DNA of 64,000 nucleotides from Alphaproteobacteria bacterium (GTDB lineage Bacteria; Pseudomonadota; Alphaproteobacteria; GM7ARS4; G965262615): NCBI GenBank assembly GCA_965262615.1, contig OZ253545.1, positions 896,001 to 960,000 of the forward strand, read 5' to 3'. Shown piece by piece: positions 60,801 to 64,000 of this stretch (position 1 is its first letter; each line of letters starts with the position of its first letter). The notes under the pieces were generated by a model. It saw only the letters and a program-made list of their open reading frames with translations, ran no database searches and was not told where the DNA came from. The position numbers and the translations under genes were made by a program.

Positions 60801-60928
60801 ACAATGCCCAATATCTGCCAGCGAGAATACCAAAGAGGTTTTTCTCTCTTTTTGAGAATTTTATCTATTGCGGGGCTGTTTCTTTTTGCCGCCTTAATCC
60901 TTTTTGATAATAAGTCGCGTTGGTGCAT
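57899..60928 (-). CDS. Large hypothetical membrane protein: 4 N-terminal TMs, helical middle, C-terminal HK97/encapsulin-like region
   Basis: Long AT-rich ORF; hydrophobic N-terminal helices; ordered capsid-like motifs at C-terminus (see findings). Confidence 0.75.
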   Translation of the reverse strand: MHQRDLLSKRIKAAKRNSPAIDKILKKREKPLWYSRWQILGIVAVFGLFAFLAHGHTFFPSAFSEIHVLGEEYHEILVAIHSGIGAVLIGLAFFVAQEIARGENNQFPYKGIILLKRSQFLYLLIAEVLVFFILFWRDVNTMIIMPIFVIGIYTLFSVHKTFGSFLNSYELEKEERTMLFDNIKKAFLKSLDLEMEQVIGSKEVASSLKGSAIDMNSWLIPDEKEYTAIKSRKSGMVTDLDVQKLKEIAFSNNDAAEFGLDKPCYRLGVDSLHYHVNEGETLLWVRNDLLANKKQKEKIERLVHKAFNINESGLNLESLRNDMGVLRVLSLKLLKQQQEKEFGEALNYYRQLFEAFYSYAEPYSEELKSQWNSIPIFGMKPNPARWITNDIQEIFEHSVEAKSKFALTASYLPFALMGQIITHRDFSIFDELRYYPYRLYRQSLKARDGGNDEKADLLFNRSWRNSRDIIRRDLRNKIEDGEYPVEWIERFAFAVLLIFQDLLKASFDKRDFDSFEKYLSVTTKLFRSLENMVRYDNIDRTKGLVDSLNQKNQEVLFGLSGWILNKWRTDSEKGSVEKFYNAIEAKMPSEIEPFTRLFLRCHHFDKVNSHGWNSWEFEGKEGGETYRVNSFAHLEQFYAVKALSLLAGYTDEQIATINLPTSRDFADLAGGSGSVVSILDHIKNNSDQWQPVLTDAAIEKVDAFKKLLAKAKDAQEQQEFDEVKERPISEHLVRKCKDGDKKSFRNSAIMRDIFIKHFNAYDDQTANEVGSNDGWLTIKEIITKEIFLDNWHVSGVGVHGVYGAEIARFENNYLFDEIAKCCEQIDEGDFETTLAQFANVNDVVIITTHDSFWTLFSSSQNFKHRWEEGVQQLDIKGFEGWYDFNKNKIPVFSGFHHRSDNPVLIVDKTTVGRIVQLSPLYGNYKEECVEDIFYMDIRAFSHDEQLMNELIANPTQRLQQEYETEDERREYLRGQVLVEIFERFKYEVGNDFEGYILFTPSERASLFNP

Positions 60929-61043
60929 CCGCAGCCCTCTCCACCGTATACCCAGTGATAGCATTATGATACAATACTTTGAGGATTGTGCAAGGGTTTT
61001 TATCCCACTTTTTGTCCCTCCTCACTGCTTTGCAAATTATTTT

Positions 61044-61133
61044 TGGCGGAGGGAGAGGGATTCGAACCCTCGATACGGCTTCCCGCATACACGCTTTCCA
61101 AGCGTGCGCCTTCAACCACTCGGCCACCCCTCC
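61044..61133 (-). tRNA. tRNA-Ser(GGA)
   Basis: GGAGGGG..CACGC-TTGGAAA-GCGTG, long variable arm, GAGGG-TTCGAAT-CCCTC, TCCCTCC-G-CCA. Confidence 0.96.
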
Positions 61134-61145
61134 TGAGATAACAAA

Positions 61146-61637
61146 CTAAAAAGGAATGTCGTCATCAAAATCAGTGGTGCTGGTAGAACCAGCGGATGAG
61201 CCACCCCCCGCGCCGCCATCATAAGAGCCGCCGCCCGAACTACTGCCATCAGAGCCACCCTGCCAGCCACCGCTTCCGCTTCCACTGTTCCGAGAGCTGA
61301 GAAATGTCAATACTGAATTAAATCCGCTTAGAACAATCTCTGTGCTGTAGCGTTCAATGCCGGATTTATCGGTGTATTTGCGCGTCCGCAACTGTCCCTC
61401 AATATACAACATATCTCCTTTTTTCACATATTGCTTCACAATGCCCACCAAGCCCGAAATGAAAATAACCACCCGATGCCATTCCGTTTTTTCTTGGCGA
61501 TTGCCATCGCGATCCTTCCACGATTCCGATGTCGCCAGCGAGAGAGTCGCCATCTCTTTGCCGTCCTGCATGGAGCGAATATCAGGATCCGCTCCCGTTC
61601 TGCCCACCAAAATCACCTTGTTCACACTGCCTGCCAT
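61146..61637 (-). CDS. ssb: Single-stranded DNA-binding protein
   Basis: [23 protein letters not shown] tail. Confidence 0.98.
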   Translation of the reverse strand: MAGSVNKVILVGRTGADPDIRSMQDGKEMATLSLATSESWKDRDGNRQEKTEWHRVVIFISGLVGIVKQYVKKGDMLYIEGQLRTRKYTDKSGIERYSTEIVLSGFNSVLTFLSSRNSGSGSGGWQGGSDGSSSGGGSYDGGAGGGSSAGSTSTTDFDDDIPF

Positions 61638-61755
61638 CGCCCTCTCCTTTTCTAACCTACAATTCGCCCCCTCGCGTTTGACAAATCATCATTCATCATC
61701 CACTTATGAACTTCTTGCCGAAGCGTATCCTATCACAACCGAAAAGAAAAATAAA

Positions 61756-64000
61756 ATGACTTCATCCACAATTCGCATCAATGGTGCGTCCGAGCATAAT
61801 CTGAAGAACATCAACCTCACCCTGCCACGCAACAAGCTGGTGGTCATCACGGGGCCCTCTGGCTCTGGCAAATCCACCCTCGCCTTTGACACCCTCTACG
61901 CCGAAGGACAAAGACGCTATGTGGAAAGTCTCTCCGCCTACGCTCGCCAATTTTTAGAGGTCATGAAAAAACCAGAGGTGCAGTCCATAGAAGGACTCTC
62001 GCCCGCCATCGCCATTGAACAAAAAACCACAGGACGCAATCCGCGCTCCACAGTGGGAACAGTCACAGAGATTTATGATTACTTGCGTCTGTTGTTTGCT
62101 CATGTGGGAGTGGCCTATTCACCTGCCACGGGCAAAAAAATCGCGGCACAGTCGGTATCGGAGATGGTGGATCGCATTCTCACACAGCCCAAAGGCAAGC
62201 GATTCTACCTGCTCGCTCCCATCATCAAAGGACGCAAAGGCAGCTACAAAAAAGAACTGCAAGAATTCGCCAAACGAGGATTTCAGCGCGTCCGCATTGA
62301 TGGCATCCTGCACGACATTCATCAAAGCCCCACCCTTGATAGCAAGCGCAAACACGATATTGACCTTGTGGTTGATCGTCTGGTGATTGATTCCTCCATC
62401 AAGGAACGCCTTGCCGACAGTCTGGAGACGGCACTGAACGAAAGCGGCGGCATCGCATGGCTGCTGCCCGCCGATGAGAGCGACACACAAGAGCCTCTGA
62501 TTTTTTCATCGCAACTGGCATGCCCCGTGTCTGGCTTTGCCATTGATGAACTCTCACCGCGCCTTTTTTCATTCAATAGCCCGCACGGTGCGTGTCGTCA
62601 TTGCAGTGGGCTGGGGGTGCAAAAGGTGTTTGACCCCTTGCGGGTGATTCCCAATGAACACCGCTCCATTGAAGATGATGCCATCGCACCGTGGCAGCTC
62701 AAACGATTTCACAGACGATACCGCGAGCTCAAAAGTGCTCTCATCAGCCACTACGCCATTGCCCCCGCCGCGCCATGGCGAGAGATTGATGAGTCCGTTC
62801 GTCATGCCCTGCTGCATGGCGAGGAATCTCCCATTGAGCTGCCCATTCATTACGGCAATGGAGCGGTGGCAACCGCGCCCTTTCATGGCATCTTGATGCA
62901 GCTGCAACGAGATTACGACAACAGCGACCGATGGCAACAAGATGACCTCAATCGCTATCTCACCGACCGCAATTGTCCCCACTGTGAAGGAAAGCGTCTG
63001 TGTGAGCAAGCTCTGGCGGTCAAAATAGATCATCAAACCATTGCCGATGTGTGCGATGTTCCCATTGACCAGTGTGCGGCGTGGATTGCCTCGCTGGCAA
63101 AAAAACTGTCCGCCAAGCAACAAGAGATTGGCGAGCGGTTGCTGCTGGAGATTGGCGAGCGGCTGCATTTTTTGAGCGAGGTAGGACTCAATTATTTGAC
63201 GCTGGCGCGCCATGCGGCGAGTCTATCGGGAGGTGAGGGTCAGCGTATTCGTCTGGCATCACAAATTGGCTCTGGGTTGACGGGAGTTTTGTATGTGTTG
63301 GATGAGCCTTCCATCGGCTTGCATCAACGCGACAATGAGCGTCTTCTTGCCACCCTGAAGCGATTGCGAGACTTGGGCAACAGCGTCATCGTGGTGGAAC
63401 ATGACGAAGACACCATTCGCACCGCCGATCATGTGGTGGATATGGGACCCGCCGCAGGCAATGATGGCGGCTTTGTCATGGATGAAGGCACGCCCGCCCA
63501 CATCACCCGCAAGGGCAAGGGACTCACCGCTCAGTATCTGCGAGGGGATAAAAAAATCGCCGTTCCCAAGCAACGCCGTCCCACCGATGCGGCGCGCGCC
63601 ATCACCATTCGTGGGGCACGGGGGCATAATCTGCAAACCATTGATGCCACCTTTCCTTTGGGATGCTTTATCTGTGTGACGGGTGTCTCGGGCAGTGGCA
63701 AATCCACACTGGTGATTGACACCCTCTATGAGGCGGTGCAACAGACACTGGCGCGGCGGCGCACGCTGGATGCCTCGCACTATGAGGCGGTGGAGGGATT
63801 GCAGTGGGTTGACAAGGTGGTGGATATTGACCAATCCCCCATTGGGCGCACGCCTCGTTCCAATCCTGCCACCTATACGGGAGCGTTTGGTCCCATTCGT
63901 GATTGGTATGCCCAGCTGCCTCTGGCTCGCAGTCGTGGATATAAGCCGGGGCGTTTTTCCTTCAATGTCAAAGGAGGACGCTGTGAGCATTGCGGCGGCG
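61756..64000 (+). CDS. uvrA: Excinuclease ABC subunit A (runs off window end)
   Basis: [49 protein letters not shown], second Walker [11 protein letters not shown]. Confidence 0.97.
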   Translation, partial: MTSSTIRINGASEHNLKNINLTLPRNKLVVITGPSGSGKSTLAFDTLYAEGQRRYVESLSAYARQFLEVMKKPEVQSIEGLSPAIAIEQKTTGRNPRSTVGTVTEIYDYLRLLFAHVGVAYSPATGKKIAAQSVSEMVDRILTQPKGKRFYLLAPIIKGRKGSYKKELQEFAKRGFQRVRIDGILHDIHQSPTLDSKRKHDIDLVVDRLVIDSSIKERLADSLETALNESGGIAWLLPADESDTQEPLIFSSQLACPVSGFAIDELSPRLFSFNSPHGACRHCSGLGVQKVFDPLRVIPNEHRSIEDDAIAPWQLKRFHRRYRELKSALISHYAIAPAAPWREIDESVRHALLHGEESPIELPIHYGNGAVATAPFHGILMQLQRDYDNSDRWQQDDLNRYLTDRNCPHCEGKRLCEQALAVKIDHQTIADVCDVPIDQCAAWIASLAKKLSAKQQEIGERLLLEIGERLHFLSEVGLNYLTLARHAASLSGGEGQRIRLASQIGSGLTGVLYVLDEPSIGLHQRDNERLLATLKRLRDLGNSVIVVEHDEDTIRTADHVVDMGPAAGNDGGFVMDEGTPAHITRKGKGLTAQYLRGDKKIAVPKQRRPTDAARAITIRGARGHNLQTIDATFPLGCFICVTGVSGSGKSTLVIDTLYEAVQQTLARRRTLDASHYEAVEGLQWVDKVVDIDQSPIGRTPRSNPATYTGAFGPIRDWYAQLPLARSRGYKPGRFSFNVKGGRCEHCGG

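Larger units (their letters stand above)
43450..61043. mobile_element. tRNA-Ser-anchored defence island (no integrase seen; left boundary uncertain, possibly 39109)
   Basis: Cluster of AT-rich defence genes and gene fragments directly downstream of tRNA-Ser. Confidence 0.65.

Noticed and set aside
61640-61755. Alphaproteobacterial LexA box between ssb and uvrA
   Set aside because: Closest match GAAC-N8-GAAG does not fit GAAC-N7-GAAC

Overview
Gene-dense alphaproteobacterial chromosome segment. Marker arrangements include ctaB-coxF-ctaG-ctaE-surf1, lpxC-bamD-recN-ligA, hemC-hemD divergent from tsaD, and ssb divergent from uvrA. Sel1 proteins, a DUF1640-like protein, a probable type III secretion effector and a large defence load suggest a host-associated organism (inference). 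Bases 1-36.8 kb are mostly housekeeping. Embedded oddities there are a catalytically degenerate orphan McrB, a frameshifted murJ, several tandem duplications centred on gene starts, a SptP/SicP-binding-domain-like effector coupled to an RsbW-type kinase, and a phage tail-fibre relic at tRNA-Arg. Bases ~38-61 kb form an accessory/defence region ending at tRNA-Ser. It holds a Panacea toxin-antitoxin pair, a structured leader RNA with alternative anti-SD pairing, and a Dsr1-like sirtuin bracketed by a duplicated mtaD 5' end. It also holds a BfiI-like two-MTase/PLD cassette that replaced the middle of a type III RM locus, a three-gene helicase-nuclease system with an apparently split methyltransferase, and a ~1000 aa membrane protein whose C-terminus looks like an HK97 capsid/encapsulin fold. 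All family assignments are by-eye motif recognition; no searches were run.
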